Positions 19,733 through 30,101 of a DNA stretch of 64,000 bases are shown in pieces (the first letter of the stretch is position 1; each line of letters begins with the position of its first letter). The notes beneath the pieces are model-generated. The model did no database searches. It saw only the letters and a program-made list of their open reading frames with translations, and was not told the DNA's origin. Position numbers and translations under genes: made by a program. Source of the stretch: an uncultured bacterium (GTDB lineage Bacteria; Patescibacteriota; Minisyncoccia; Phycocordibacterales; UBA9973); contig CAIQAL010000028.1 of the NCBI GenBank assembly GCA_903869825.1, forward strand, positions 1,315 to 65,314. Reading direction: 5' to 3'.

Positions 19733-20272
19733 TCATTTTTGGTTGAAATTAGCTATAAGGAGAAGGGTTAGAAGAACGAAGAAGCTAGTGAGGGAAAGCA
19801 TCGGGATAGAGATATACCCCCCGAATTCGGAGACGAGGTGCTGAAAACAAGAAACACCCGAGGTGTCACAAATGGTATTGGAATTACCAAAGTAATAAAT
19901 GAAGTTTTGGTAAACCGAAATTAGAAAACCAACACAAAGCAAAGGTAATGCATACCTAATAACTTTCCTATCTTTGTTCCAAAGGGCAACCCCGAAAAGA
20001 AAAACTTGCGGGAAGATAAATATCCTTTGAAGCCAACATAACTCACAAGGTAAAAAATGAAGTACTTCTGAGTAAACCAAAGAAAAAAGAGATGAGAGAA
20101 GTGCGATTAAAAAACCAATCAAAATAAAATGACTCTCAATATACTCCAGAAACTTGTTGCTCTTTTTTGCGGCGAAGAAAAGCAAAATCAGAGTAAAAAC
20201 GCTCAAAACCTGGAGTACTATCGCCCCAAGCCCTAAAATTATATTTAGGTAATGAACGGTTATAAAATTCAT
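19733..20272 (-). CDS. DsbB/BdbC-family disulfide bond formation protein
   Basis: 4 TM; CELCWLQR (CxxC in loop 1) and CDTSGVSC second Cys pair. Confidence 0.6.
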   Translation of the reverse strand: MNFITVHYLNIILGLGAIVLQVLSVFTLILLFFAAKKSNKFLEYIESHFILIGFLIALLSSLFSLVYSEVLHFLPCELCWLQRIFIFPQVFLFGVALWNKDRKVIRYALPLLCVGFLISVYQNFIYYFGNSNTICDTSGVSCFQHLVSEFGGYISIPMLSLTSFFVLLTLLLIANFNQK

Positions 20273-20278
20273 AATAAA

Positions 20279-20854
20279 TTATTGCGGTAAGGTACAACTT
20301 GTTTGTTTCGCCAACATTTCAAGTGAAACTTCTCCAGATAAACGAGAACCAGGAGCGAAAGTCCAAGTGGTTCCTTTATGAGTAGGTTCAGAATTTGTTC
20401 CCACTAATGCTGAATCAATGGAACTGAAAACCCAAGTATCAAAATCGGTGTTATAACTTTGTTTACATACTGGCGTCTCATCCTGACTATCAGTACATTT
20501 GTGTGGCGCGTCGGCACTTTCTAGATTAATCGCAGTTGGAAAAACCCAAGAAGGATATCCTTTTATTTTTTTATCTTGGCAAATTTGAGTTTGGCCAGCG
20601 GCATCCGGAGTGGAACATTCAACATAAGGCAAAAGTTTCACCGAATCTCCAAACAATTTTTTTGTGGCATTGCAATGCGGGCACCAAAAAGCTCCATAGA
20701 AAGTTGTTCCGGAATTTTTCAGACAAGTGGCAAAAGCAGTGTATTTGCCTTTCGGAACGCCATTTGAATTTCTTGTTAAGAAGAAAACGACAACACCCCC
20801 CACAAGAAGAACAGCAATAATAATTAAAAGAATAATTTTGTTTGATTTTTTCAT
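20279..20854 (-). CDS. membrane-anchored thioredoxin-fold protein (DsbA/BdbD-like) with Cys-rich C-terminal extension
   Basis: N-terminal TM, FWCPHC active-site motif; start placed at MKKSNK (20854) rather than ORF opening at 21022. Confidence 0.6.
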   Translation of the reverse strand: MKKSNKIILLIIIAVLLVGGVVVFFLTRNSNGVPKGKYTAFATCLKNSGTTFYGAFWCPHCNATKKLFGDSVKLLPYVECSTPDAAGQTQICQDKKIKGYPSWVFPTAINLESADAPHKCTDSQDETPVCKQSYNTDFDTWVFSSIDSALVGTNSEPTHKGTTWTFAPGSRLSGEVSLEMLAKQTSCTLPQ

Positions 20855-20899
20855 AACGATATTATAGCACATCCCTCCTATTGAAAAAAGAGACAAAGT

Positions 20900-21559
20900 G
20901 TGGCAATCTATTGGAAAGGAGGCGAAAATCGCTCTTCGAAAACAGAAAAAATCTTCGACATCATGGAAGCAACACTTTTGTTGATTTTGGTTATGCCGGA
21001 GATGTTTTTCAACCTCCGGCAAGTCAGTACGACTGATAAACTAGCCTTGTCCCGGCGAGTAATAATTTTCTTATACTCCTGGGTTCTGGCTCCTTATCTA
21101 CTATCCCATCTTTCAGTATTTTCGGCGGGATTGATAATGTATCTTTTCACTGTCTTCTTAACCTACTCCTCTCTAAAAATTTTAGGGAAAAAAAAGGAAA
21201 AAAGTTTCCTAATTTATATGGTAAAACTTTTTTGGAAGACACTTGTGACAATCTACATTCTATTTGTACTCAACCTAATACTCTTAATCGAAAGAATAAA
21301 ACCAGGTTGTGTAAGAAGACTTATTCGACTTGTCATGGTGAAAGAAAAAGCCCTGACAACAGTAAGTCTGTTTATTTTTGAACCATTTTTATGGCTAGTG
21401 AACTATTTAGCGAATCACTGCGGCAACGAACGTGGAAAAATAAACAGAAAAGTCTGGTCACTGTTACTAATCAATAATTTGATAGCCACTATTGTTTGGC
21501 TATTATTTATTTTCTTTAAAGGCCTAGCGATTTATAAAGCGATAGGCATCGAATTCTAA
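20900..21559 (+). CDS. polytopic membrane protein, hypothetical
   Basis: 219-aa ORF with ~6 TM; likely starts at an internal Met (~20962). Confidence 0.35.
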   Translation: MAIYWKGGENRSSKTEKIFDIMEATLLLILVMPEMFFNLRQVSTTDKLALSRRVIIFLYSWVLAPYLLSHLSVFSAGLIMYLFTVFLTYSSLKILGKKKEKSFLIYMVKLFWKTLVTIYILFVLNLILLIERIKPGCVRRLIRLVMVKEKALTTVSLFIFEPFLWLVNYLANHCGNERGKINRKVWSLLLINNLIATIVWLLFIFFKGLAIYKAIGIEF

Positions 21560-21560
21560 A

Positions 21561-21593
21561 GGAATTTTTGTTTAAACAAAAATTCCTTTTTTT
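21561..21593. terminator. bidirectional intrinsic terminator
   Basis: ggaatttttgttt/aaacaaaaattcc hairpin followed by T7, preceded by A-run. Confidence 0.55.
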
Positions 21594-21605
21594 ATTTAGG
21601 CCTAG

Positions 21606-22241
21606 TTATTTAAGTCGTTTTTTAAGAAAAATATTTGCTATTCGAAAAGAATACTTCGTGCTACTATCCGAAAGATTAAATAAAATCGCCAAGGTAAATA
21701 GAAGAAATGCAATATAGACACTCAAAAAAGATACCACAACTGCAACGACAGAAGCGATGACTGGGAACCAAATATGCATATTGGCATGTTCATTTTCCAA
21801 TTTTGTAAAAGGCATATTTTCGATTGTACTAGACCGGATGGCATATTGACGCATTCTAAAAAGTGAAATCCCAATCAAAATAATATTTAAAGCAAAAAAG
21901 ATAATGGCTACTTTGGAATTACTGTAGTTCCCCAGGAGATGAGATGAGAAGGGAACAAGCCCAATGAAGAAGAAAAAAATAGCATTCAGGTTTGTAAACT
22001 TTGTATCAATATTTTTTACCAAAATGGAAGCAATAAAATGATGACTTCGCCAATAAGTAAATAAGAGTGAAAATCCAAGAATGTAACTAATGAATACAGG
22101 GAGAAGTGACATTAACGAATCTAGGAGAGTTTTATTGTTTACAATCCCCGTGAGTTCCGGGACCCGTATTTCAAAAACAAGAATTGTCATAACGATAGCA
22201 AAGATCCCGTCTGCTAATTGGTCAAGTCGTGTTTGTTTCAT
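21606..22241 (-). CDS. TMEM175-like (DUF1211) potassium channel family membrane protein
   Basis: N-terminal RLDQLADGIFAIVMTILVFEIRVPE matches DUF1211 RxxxFSDGVFAIAITLLVLEI signature; 6 TM. Confidence 0.6.
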   Translation of the reverse strand: MKQTRLDQLADGIFAIVMTILVFEIRVPELTGIVNNKTLLDSLMSLLPVFISYILGFSLLFTYWRSHHFIASILVKNIDTKFTNLNAIFFFFIGLVPFSSHLLGNYSNSKVAIIFFALNIILIGISLFRMRQYAIRSSTIENMPFTKLENEHANMHIWFPVIASVVAVVVSFLSVYIAFLLFTLAILFNLSDSSTKYSFRIANIFLKKRLK

Positions 22242-22278
22242 TGTCCTATTGTAACAAAAAGAAAGAGGCAAATCAAAG

Positions 22279-23454
22279 TTACTGATACTGAATATAGCTC
22301 GGTTGAGGGTTTAACTTCAAAAGTTCAGTAGGAGTAAAGAGAGTCGTCCCCTTGTCAAGGATATCATTTTTGTAAAATAATTTAAAACCAGTGAATTGAA
22401 CAGGCTCTTTGTAGACAAATTGTTTGTAAGTACCTATTTTTTTTGCTTTTGGGCCCCAGCCGTCCATGTCCATCACAAATTGCACTTCAGGCAGTATTTT
22501 AATATTTTTGTAATTCGTCACCATTTTTTGGGTGAAGCGATGAATAATTAAAATTTTTGGAGTGAGGGTGTTGTCTTGTACAATTTTTGCCAAATGCTCC
22601 TCTGCATAATTTATTTCAGAGGCATCAATCGTACCAATAACTGTCCCAGGCTTCGCCCCGGTTTTCATATAAAACTCTGGGTCAATTCCAAGGTGAACGT
22701 TATCCATTTTTAAATATTTATCAAGTAAAGGTAATTCTGCTTGAATATTACTCAACCCCACTTGGATGTCCAAGAAAACAAGCCCATTTATTTTAGCTGC
22801 CATCGCAATCACTTTGTCTATCTCTTTACCTGGCATCCGAAAGCGATATTTCCCGTCCACTCCCTTACTCCCTTGAGCTGTAGCAACAATATAATGAAGC
22901 GCCGGAACAACCGGAGTACTTGGGTCAGCATCCTTCCATTTTTTTACTTCTTCTTTTAATTTTGGAATCATTATGTCCTCCGGGTATTGTCCGAGTATTC
23001 CCATTTTGGTCGAATATAAATTTCCATAATAAGCAACAATACGATTAAATGGGAGTAGCGCTCCTGCATTCGGATAAACTGTTTTTACTGGCCAGAGATT
23101 CGGCTTTGGGATGACCACCGGAGCCGGCACTGAAACCAAAGTGATTTTCCCGGTCTTTGGATCTTTTACTTGTTTGGCTGTTGGTTTCGGAACGACTGGC
23201 AGAGGGTTATTTGCCAATTCATTTATTTTCTTATCATAAGCTTCCTTATCAAGAGGAAGAACTCCTTGACTAGCTGATGGAGGAAGAGTATTCTCTTCTT
23301 TTTTCGTTTCTTCGCCTATATTGTAAGTTATGTTGTTACTAAAAATAAAATTTGTTTTAGCATATAAAAAAATCAGCAAAAAAACAGAAGTAATGAATAA
23401 CCAAAAAATGCGACTTTTTAAAATAGCTCCTGTTTTCAAGATGAAACTTTTCAT
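22279..23454 (-). CDS. secreted/membrane-anchored hypothetical protein (possible TIM-barrel hydrolase-like)
   Basis: N-terminal TM, Pro-rich linker, ~300-aa globular domain without recognisable motif. Confidence 0.3.
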   Translation of the reverse strand: MKSFILKTGAILKSRIFWLFITSVFLLIFLYAKTNFIFSNNITYNIGEETKKEENTLPPSASQGVLPLDKEAYDKKINELANNPLPVVPKPTAKQVKDPKTGKITLVSVPAPVVIPKPNLWPVKTVYPNAGALLPFNRIVAYYGNLYSTKMGILGQYPEDIMIPKLKEEVKKWKDADPSTPVVPALHYIVATAQGSKGVDGKYRFRMPGKEIDKVIAMAAKINGLVFLDIQVGLSNIQAELPLLDKYLKMDNVHLGIDPEFYMKTGAKPGTVIGTIDASEINYAEEHLAKIVQDNTLTPKILIIHRFTQKMVTNYKNIKILPEVQFVMDMDGWGPKAKKIGTYKQFVYKEPVQFTGFKLFYKNDILDKGTTLFTPTELLKLNPQPSYIQYQ

Positions 23455-23471
23455 TATTATTTCATAATACC

Positions 23472-24092
23472 TTATTTCAGCATTTTTGCACCTTCTTTCC
23501 CCTCAAAAACAATTTCAAATAATTTTTTTCTATCGTTTGGTTTTTCTCTTACCTGCAAATATTCCGGCAAGTCTTCAACCTTCCCAGGTTTCCCGACTGC
23601 AATCATTAAATTAATCTCAAACTCTTCAGAGATGTTCAATTCTTTTCGTACGGATTCTGTGCTATATCCAGCCATTCCATGGGTAACCAAGCTCATCTGA
23701 GTAGCTTGCAAAGCAAGATTCTCCCAAGCCGAGCCAATATCTAGAGAATGAGTCGGGTTTGGTTTTCCATCGTCGGCATTTTTTTTTGAAATGCCGATCA
23801 AAAGAACTCCGGCATTTTTACACCAGGTTTTGTTTCCATCTGCCAAAAAAGAAAAGAATAAATCAAAATCCAAAGTTCCCCGGAGAGCATACAAAAATCT
23901 CCAAGGCTGAATATTGCTGGCTGATGGTGCCCAACGTGCTGCGTCAAACAAAGTCATTAATTGCTCTATCGGAACCGGTTCTCCAGACATCGCGCGGGGT
24001 GAATAACGCTTCAAAAACAAATCTTCAATATTATATTCGGTTGTCCTACTATTTACTGTTTTCATAATAGTATTATACACCAAAAAGACCAA
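23472..24092 (-). CDS. nitroreductase-family protein
   Basis: RYSPRAMSGEPV...FDAARWAPSASNIQPWRF conserved nitroreductase N-terminus. Confidence 0.75.
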   Translation of the reverse strand: MVFLVYNTIMKTVNSRTTEYNIEDLFLKRYSPRAMSGEPVPIEQLMTLFDAARWAPSASNIQPWRFLYALRGTLDFDLFFSFLADGNKTWCKNAGVLLIGISKKNADDGKPNPTHSLDIGSAWENLALQATQMSLVTHGMAGYSTESVRKELNISEEFEINLMIAVGKPGKVEDLPEYLQVREKPNDRKKLFEIVFEGKEGAKMLK

Positions 24093-24141
24093 GATATTTC
24101 TTGTTTCAGCAAGGTTAATCTTGGTCCCTTTGACTTATTTA

Positions 24142-24354
24142 TTACATGATGTTTGGGGTGATTTCCCACGTTCTCAGAAAAGAATCATTCCAATCTTTAT
24201 TTTCTTCGGCAGACATTGTTTCCATTTTTCGGGAAATATCAGGATGACTTTCTTTTAAATGTTCCATCCCCTCTTCCATCATTTCTTTTGGAGTATTCGC
24301 AGAAATTTTATAACCACATGGCCCACCCATTTGTTCACAAGTCATTGTTTTCAT
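24142..24354 (-). CDS. DUF1059-like small metal-binding protein
   Basis: 70 aa, MKTMTCEQMGGPCGYKI...H..ESHPD pattern. Confidence 0.5.
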   Translation of the reverse strand: MKTMTCEQMGGPCGYKISANTPKEMMEEGMEHLKESHPDISRKMETMSAEENKDWNDSFLRTWEITPNIM

Positions 24355-24441
24355 ATTTTCTTATTAATTAAATTAATAATAATATTCCGACCACCAGAAC
24401 ATTGTACAAAAAGATTATTAAAACTTGATTAAAAAGTTATT

Positions 24442-25581
24442 TTACTTTTCACTCTTGAGATATTTTTTGTTTTTTAACTTTTCTGGAAGCAGACTTTCAT
24501 TGGTATATTTTTTATAACCTTCTCCATAACCCAAATTTTTCATAAGTTTGGTTGGGGCATTCCTGATACTGATCGGGATAGGTAGATTGCCATGTTCTCT
24601 GACGTCCGCTACTGCAAGCAAATATGCATTGTACGCATCCCTGTTTTTCTTCGCCTGAGAAAGATATACGACTCCGTGTGCCAAATTTTCGGCACATTCC
24701 GGCATCCCGATTGTATCAACGGCTGCAAACACAGCATTTGCCACCACAAGCGCAGTTGGCATCGCAAGTCCAATGTCCTCACTAGCAAATATTACCATCC
24801 GCCGTGCAATAAATTTCGGATCCTCCCCCGCATCCAACATTCGACACATATAGTACAAAGCGGCATCCGGCTGAGAAGCGCGCATACTTTTTATAAAGGC
24901 ACTTATGGTGTTATAGTGTTCCTCTCCTTTTTTATCGTATCGCAGTGTTTTTGATTGGAGAGTATTTTTTAAATTTGGAAGTGTAATGTCAGAATAAAGT
25001 CCAGCTGTATTTTCGATCATTGCTATTGCTTGACGAGCATCACCATCTGCCATTTGCACCAACCAATCAATCGCATCTTTTTTTAACTTAAAATTGGTTC
25101 GCTTAATAATTTTTTTCATTTCACTCTCCGAAAGTCCGTTCAAAACAAAAACCCGAGAACGGGAAAGGAGCGCAGGGATAACTTCAAACGATGGGTTCTC
25201 GGTCGTCGCGCCAATTAAAGTAAGCCGGCCACTTTCAACGTACGGCAAAAGAAAATCTTGTTGCGCTTTATTGAAACGATGAATTTCATCCAAAAAAAGG
25301 ATTTTCGGACCGAGTAAAGTTCCGCCGTTCTCCACAATTTCGCGAATGTCGTCTTTACTGGCTGAAACCGCGGAAAGTTCGTGGTAATCCGCGTTCAGTG
25401 CTTTGGCATAAATTTTTGCCAGTGTAGTTTTTCCAACGCCAGGTGGTCCCCAGAAAATAAAAGAAAAGAGGTGTTTCTGTTTGATAGCCACCCGCAAAGG
25501 TTTCCCTTCACCCACTAAATGTTCTTGCCCCACAAATTCATCCAAATTTTTCGGCCTAATTTTTGAAGCTAGAGGTTCCAT
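24442..25581 (-). CDS. rarA: replication-associated recombination protein A (AAA+ ATPase)
   Basis: [11 protein letters not shown] Walker [14 protein letters not shown]-terminal MgsA helical domain. Confidence 0.85.
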   Translation of the reverse strand: MEPLASKIRPKNLDEFVGQEHLVGEGKPLRVAIKQKHLFSFIFWGPPGVGKTTLAKIYAKALNADYHELSAVSASKDDIREIVENGGTLLGPKILFLDEIHRFNKAQQDFLLPYVESGRLTLIGATTENPSFEVIPALLSRSRVFVLNGLSESEMKKIIKRTNFKLKKDAIDWLVQMADGDARQAIAMIENTAGLYSDITLPNLKNTLQSKTLRYDKKGEEHYNTISAFIKSMRASQPDAALYYMCRMLDAGEDPKFIARRMVIFASEDIGLAMPTALVVANAVFAAVDTIGMPECAENLAHGVVYLSQAKKNRDAYNAYLLAVADVREHGNLPIPISIRNAPTKLMKNLGYGEGYKKYTNESLLPEKLKNKKYLKSEK

Positions 25582-25623
25582 AGCTATATTATATACCTAA
25601 ATTAAATGCCAAATTTCAATTTT

Positions 25624-27111
25624 CTATTCTATCAGAACTTTTAAGTCCTTCCTCTCGTTTTTCACTTTTAGGAAAAGAGCTAAGAATGCTCCAATGAATA
25701 CAATGATACTTGAAATCAAAAATACGTGCGCGTACGCATCCACTTGTGCCTTCAAAGTAACTAGGGTTACAAATTCTTGAACGATCTGTGGATTATGGAC
25801 CGTAATAAAACTATGTTGATTTATTTTCAATAAATTACTTTTGGTGGAGTTATTTAAAATTGTGGCAAAAATTGCAATTCCAAAAGCACCGGCAATATTT
25901 CGAACAAGAGCAAGGATTGAGGAAGCGATTCCGATTTCATGTTGATCTACCACCGAAGCCACCACGTTCGTACGTTGGGCCATTCCGAAACCAAGACCCA
26001 AGGCCATAATAATTAAAGGAACAATTAAATCAAGTGCAGTTGATTTTGGATCAATTCGAGTGAAAAGGAAAAGACCAATAGACGCGACGAGAGTACTCCA
26101 AAAAATTATGTATCTTGCTTGGACTTTTCCGGTTAAACTTCCCCCAAGTGGAGAAGCAATCACCATCGAGAAAGCCATCGGAATAAATAAATATCCACTT
26201 TGGGTAGCCGTATAACCTAAAAATGTTTGAGCAAAAATTGGCAAAAGAAAAATTCCACCAATCATTCCCATAAATACCACAAAGTTGTTGACTAGAGCGT
26301 TAACAAAAGCAGGAATTTTAAAGAATTTTAAATCCACAATAGGCTCTTTCACTTTATTTTCAATTTTTATAAAAAGACCCAATAGAGCAATCGTCAAGAA
26401 ATAACAGGCAATCGCTGAAACAGAAAACCAACCCCAATCCAGTCCTCGGTCGAGCACTAATACCAAACTCGAAAGTGACCCACCAAGCACAATTGCTCCC
26501 CACCAGTCAAATGAAACCGATTTTACTTCAGAAACGGATTCCTTAATAAATCGTAGTGCCATCAAAATTCCAACAATTCCAATTGGAATATTTATTAGAA
26601 AGATTGACTGCCAGCCAAAGCTATCAATCAAGGGGCCACCAATCAAAGGACCAAATACCGAGGCTGCCGCAAAAGAAGTTGACCATATTCCAAGCGCTTG
26701 TGCTCTTTCTTTTCCTTGTTTAAAAGTTACCGCTACAATTGCCATCGCCGTCGGATAATCAGCCGAACCCGCTATTGCTTGAATTACCCGAAAAATAATC
26801 ATTGAGGTTAAATTCCAAGAAAGAGCAGCTAAAAGAGAACCTAAAATAAAAATAGAGAATCCCAAGATGTAGACTTTTTTTCTACCAATCGTATCTCCTA
26901 GTTTTCCCCAAACTGGTACAAAAATGGCATTAGCTAAGATATAAGCGGTGGCAATCCATCCGGCCGCAGAAACAGTGATACTGAAAGAATCAATTATTTT
27001 AGGTAAAGCAAGGTTGACAATTGTTTGATCAAGTCTACCAAGAAAAGTCCCGATGATGACAGTCAGAAGAATCCACCAGCGCAAATTGTCTTTTGGCGCT
27101 TCTTGTTCCAT
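25624..27111 (-). CDS. MFS transporter, DHA2 (EmrB/QacA) family, 14 TM
   Basis: 495 aa, 14 TM, motif GRLDQTIVNLALP...GKLGDTIGRKK. Confidence 0.75.
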   Translation of the reverse strand: MEQEAPKDNLRWWILLTVIIGTFLGRLDQTIVNLALPKIIDSFSITVSAAGWIATAYILANAIFVPVWGKLGDTIGRKKVYILGFSIFILGSLLAALSWNLTSMIIFRVIQAIAGSADYPTAMAIVAVTFKQGKERAQALGIWSTSFAAASVFGPLIGGPLIDSFGWQSIFLINIPIGIVGILMALRFIKESVSEVKSVSFDWWGAIVLGGSLSSLVLVLDRGLDWGWFSVSAIACYFLTIALLGLFIKIENKVKEPIVDLKFFKIPAFVNALVNNFVVFMGMIGGIFLLPIFAQTFLGYTATQSGYLFIPMAFSMVIASPLGGSLTGKVQARYIIFWSTLVASIGLFLFTRIDPKSTALDLIVPLIIMALGLGFGMAQRTNVVASVVDQHEIGIASSILALVRNIAGAFGIAIFATILNNSTKSNLLKINQHSFITVHNPQIVQEFVTLVTLKAQVDAYAHVFLISSIIVFIGAFLALFLKVKNERKDLKVLIE

Positions 27112-27116
27112 ATTTT

Positions 27117-27779
27117 TTAATTAGTAAAAATAGTAATTTTAGCCGACATCCCCTCTTTCAATTCCGGATATTTTTTTGTGTCGAAGAGAACTTTAATATC
27201 AAACTGTTTTACGGCACGTTTGTCAGAAATATTAAAAACAATTCCGCTTGTATCTGAAATCGGACTTACCTCGTCAACCACCCCTACGTATTTTTTATTG
27301 CCGAAAGCATCCACGGTAAATGTTGCTTTTTGTCCAATTTTTACTTTAGAAAGTCCTTTGTCTTCATCAATTTTTCCGACCACTCTTTCTTCCGCGATAT
27401 TTATCATTGAAACAACCGCCTGCCCAGGGGTAAATATCTGTCCTTCTTGGTGATTCACTGAAACAATTATTCCTGCTACCTTCGAAGTAAGCGTCTCACT
27501 GCCAACTTTTGCTACCGGAGTATTGGCTTGCACCACATCCCCTGCCTTCACATAGATTTCTTCCAAAGTGTTTGGAGTAGCCGGAGAAAGGGCAATAATC
27601 GGAGCATCAATCAAGGAATTTTCTATTTTTATTTGTCCGACAGTTGCACGCCAGAAAATAAAAATTCCAAGTAATAAAAATATTACAATAATTCCTGCCA
27701 CACTTCGAAACCAAGCTTTCGAAAATATACTTTCTTTTTTTTCTACTTTATCTTCAGTTGTTGATTGTTTGTCATTCAT
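27117..27779 (-). CDS. HlyD-family membrane fusion protein (short, beta-barrel/lipoyl part)
   Basis: N-terminal TM, lipoyl-like YVKAGDVVQANTPVAKV and C-terminal barrel segment. Confidence 0.55.
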   Translation of the reverse strand: MNDKQSTTEDKVEKKESIFSKAWFRSVAGIIVIFLLLGIFIFWRATVGQIKIENSLIDAPIIALSPATPNTLEEIYVKAGDVVQANTPVAKVGSETLTSKVAGIIVSVNHQEGQIFTPGQAVVSMINIAEERVVGKIDEDKGLSKVKIGQKATFTVDAFGNKKYVGVVDEVSPISDTSGIVFNISDKRAVKQFDIKVLFDTKKYPELKEGMSAKITIFTN

Positions 27780-27784
27780 AAATT

Positions 27785-28819
27785 TTAATTAGCCACACTT
27801 GTAGTCATTTCGATTACTTTTTGGTTCATGGTTGCTATTTCCCCCGTTTTTATATTTACTGTAGTGATTATTCCATCACTCGGAGCATAAATAAAATCAT
27901 TATTGAAATTGCTTTGGGCCACCAAAAGTGAACCGGAAGCGGCAGCTATATCTTCTGGACGAGCGTTTGCTTGTTTAAGTGATAAGGCGGATTGTGCTTG
28001 ATTTAATACTGCTTCGGCATTTGCTTCAGTTTGAGTTCGATTAGAAAGTGCTGCTTGGTAGGCATTGAAATTAATCGTATATTGCGAAGATTCGGTATTT
28101 GGAATATTAACTACCCACTTGGTGTCATTGTTCACTTGGATATATTTAATAAAAAGTCCAGTACTTCCTATGGGCTGGGGAGTTATCAAACTCACCATCC
28201 CGATTGCTTCAACTAGTCCACTTGTTTTAAAAGAAAATCCTCCGCTTGATGGATACTCTTCAATAATTATTTGGCCTTGAGCATCTTTTAAATATGTTCC
28301 GGAAATAATTGGGGCATTCTCCAAGCTCGCTTGGTCGGCAGTGGTAGCTATAAATCCGGAATTCAATAAATTTCGGTGAGCATTTTCCACCAACAAGTCT
28401 TGCTGATTTTTCAATTGGTCAAGGGCTGTTTGAGCACTCGCTACTTGTGCCCTCGCCACATCAATGTCCGGGCCAGTTGCCCCGTTTAAGATTTTTTGGT
28501 AGTTTGCCTTCGCGATTTCAAGTGCTCCCTTTACGTCAGTTGAGTCTAGACTAGCCAACAACTGCCCTTTTTTTACGGGGCTACCGATAATTACCGCTAC
28601 AGTATTTACTTTTCCACTTTTGAGAAAAGCCAAATCAATATTTTGTCCATTTGTTACATTTGGAAGAGAATTATTTGAATCCGAGCCAAGAATACTTGAA
28701 ACGTCTGGAGTCTGCCCCACATTTTTGTAAACAAAAAAACCAACCACTATGGCTAACAATAATGCGACTGGAATAATTATTTTCGGATGACTTAAAATAT
28801 CTATAATCTTTTTTTTCAT
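27785..28819 (-). CDS. HlyD/EmrA-family membrane fusion protein with coiled coil
   Basis: N-terminal TM, lipoyl motif VKKGQLLASLD, long coiled-coil, C-terminal barrel. Confidence 0.6.
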   Translation of the reverse strand: MKKKIIDILSHPKIIIPVALLLAIVVGFFVYKNVGQTPDVSSILGSDSNNSLPNVTNGQNIDLAFLKSGKVNTVAVIIGSPVKKGQLLASLDSTDVKGALEIAKANYQKILNGATGPDIDVARAQVASAQTALDQLKNQQDLLVENAHRNLLNSGFIATTADQASLENAPIISGTYLKDAQGQIIIEEYPSSGGFSFKTSGLVEAIGMVSLITPQPIGSTGLFIKYIQVNNDTKWVVNIPNTESSQYTINFNAYQAALSNRTQTEANAEAVLNQAQSALSLKQANARPEDIAAASGSLLVAQSNFNNDFIYAPSDGIITTVNIKTGEIATMNQKVIEMTTSVAN

Positions 28820-29042
28820 AAAGTTCGTCGTAATTTAAAAAAAAGCTTTTCGCTTTTATCTATCTAATATACTACTATTGATGAGAAATGTCAAAACGAG
28901 CAAAAAGTCCTCAAACTAACTTTTTGTTTACCAATAATACCTATGATCATGTGCCTTTTAGGATAATTTGCCAATGTTAAATGTAAGTTAAAAAAATAAA
29001 AATCCCAATTGTCAAACAATCCGGAAAAATAATTAATAGTGT

Positions 29043-30017
29043 TTAATTAATCTCAATATCAACGTAAAGAATTTCAGGAAACTTTTCTACAATATTTTTT
29101 TCTATTTTATCAATGTGGGCACCAACCAACCTAGGAATCCGGTCTGTCGTTTTAAACATTAATTTTGTAAATTCTTTAAAATCATTTTTAATGTTTTCAA
29201 ATTCTTCTCTCAAGTCCCCGGCTTCATAAATCTCTTCGTATAAGGGAGTGCCATTCCATTCAACCGAGGTATAAATCCGATACTTCCCGATATCCACCGC
29301 TACGGACTTAAATTCGACAATCTTTTCAATGCAGGGATCTTCGAGAAGTACTTCTATAATATCTTCTTTCGTTTTTTCATTGATCGATTTCCCAATAATA
29401 TATTTGTGATTTTTTACTATCAAAGTAATCGCCAAAATGCCAAGGATAAACCCCACCACAATTCCCCCGATTGAATCATAAATACTATTTTTAGTGAAGA
29501 ACATCAAAAGTTGCGCAGAGAATGCCACAAACACTCCAATGACGGCGGCACTGTCTTCATACACCACCGCCAGAGTTATTGGGTCTGCTTCTGCGTTAAA
29601 TATTTTTTTAGAAAACTTTTCATTTTTCTTCAATTCTTTTATGGCAATAAATAAAGTGGTGCTTTCAATAAGTAAAGCAAAAAATAACACGATAAGACTC
29701 TGAAAACTGAAGGTATACAAATTACTTCCACTTAGCAAAGAATCTACCGAATGGTAAATCGTTACTCCCGCTCCAATAAACAAAATCCCGCAAGCAGAAA
29801 TCAAGGACCAAAAAAATCTTTCAATTCCGTAACCATAGCCGTGAGTATGATCCTCTGGTTTTTTGGAGCGTTTCAAACCTACAAGCAACAGAGTCTGATT
29901 CAAAGTATCCGCAAAGCTATGCACTGTTTCGGCAAACATACTGGCTGAACCGGTCGAAAGAGCTATGAACCCTTTAATGACTGTAACGAAAGTATTGCCT
30001 ATTAAAGCTGCGACCAC
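29043..30017 (-). CDS. cation diffusion facilitator (CDF) family metal efflux transporter
   Basis: SASMFAETVHSFADTLN motif, 6 TM + C-terminal cytoplasmic domain. Confidence 0.75.
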   Translation of the reverse strand: MVAALIGNTFVTVIKGFIALSTGSASMFAETVHSFADTLNQTLLLVGLKRSKKPEDHTHGYGYGIERFFWSLISACGILFIGAGVTIYHSVDSLLSGSNLYTFSFQSLIVLFFALLIESTTLFIAIKELKKNEKFSKKIFNAEADPITLAVVYEDSAAVIGVFVAFSAQLLMFFTKNSIYDSIGGIVVGFILGILAITLIVKNHKYIIGKSINEKTKEDIIEVLLEDPCIEKIVEFKSVAVDIGKYRIYTSVEWNGTPLYEEIYEAGDLREEFENIKNDFKEFTKLMFKTTDRIPRLVGAHIDKIEKNIVEKFPEILYVDIEIN

Positions 30018-30101
30018 GAGATATTACGAAGCTATTGACTTTTGTGTAAAATATGCTATGCTTTATATGAAAAATTCAGTATCCACCTAAATTCATCAAC
30101 G

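Noticed and set aside
20855-21022. Long N-terminal extension of the thioredoxin-like gene (MPEVEKHLRH...)
   Set aside because: The extension contains no signal or TM and overlaps the divergent + strand membrane-protein ORF; Met at 20854 precedes the anchor and has an AGGAGG/TATAAT-like context.
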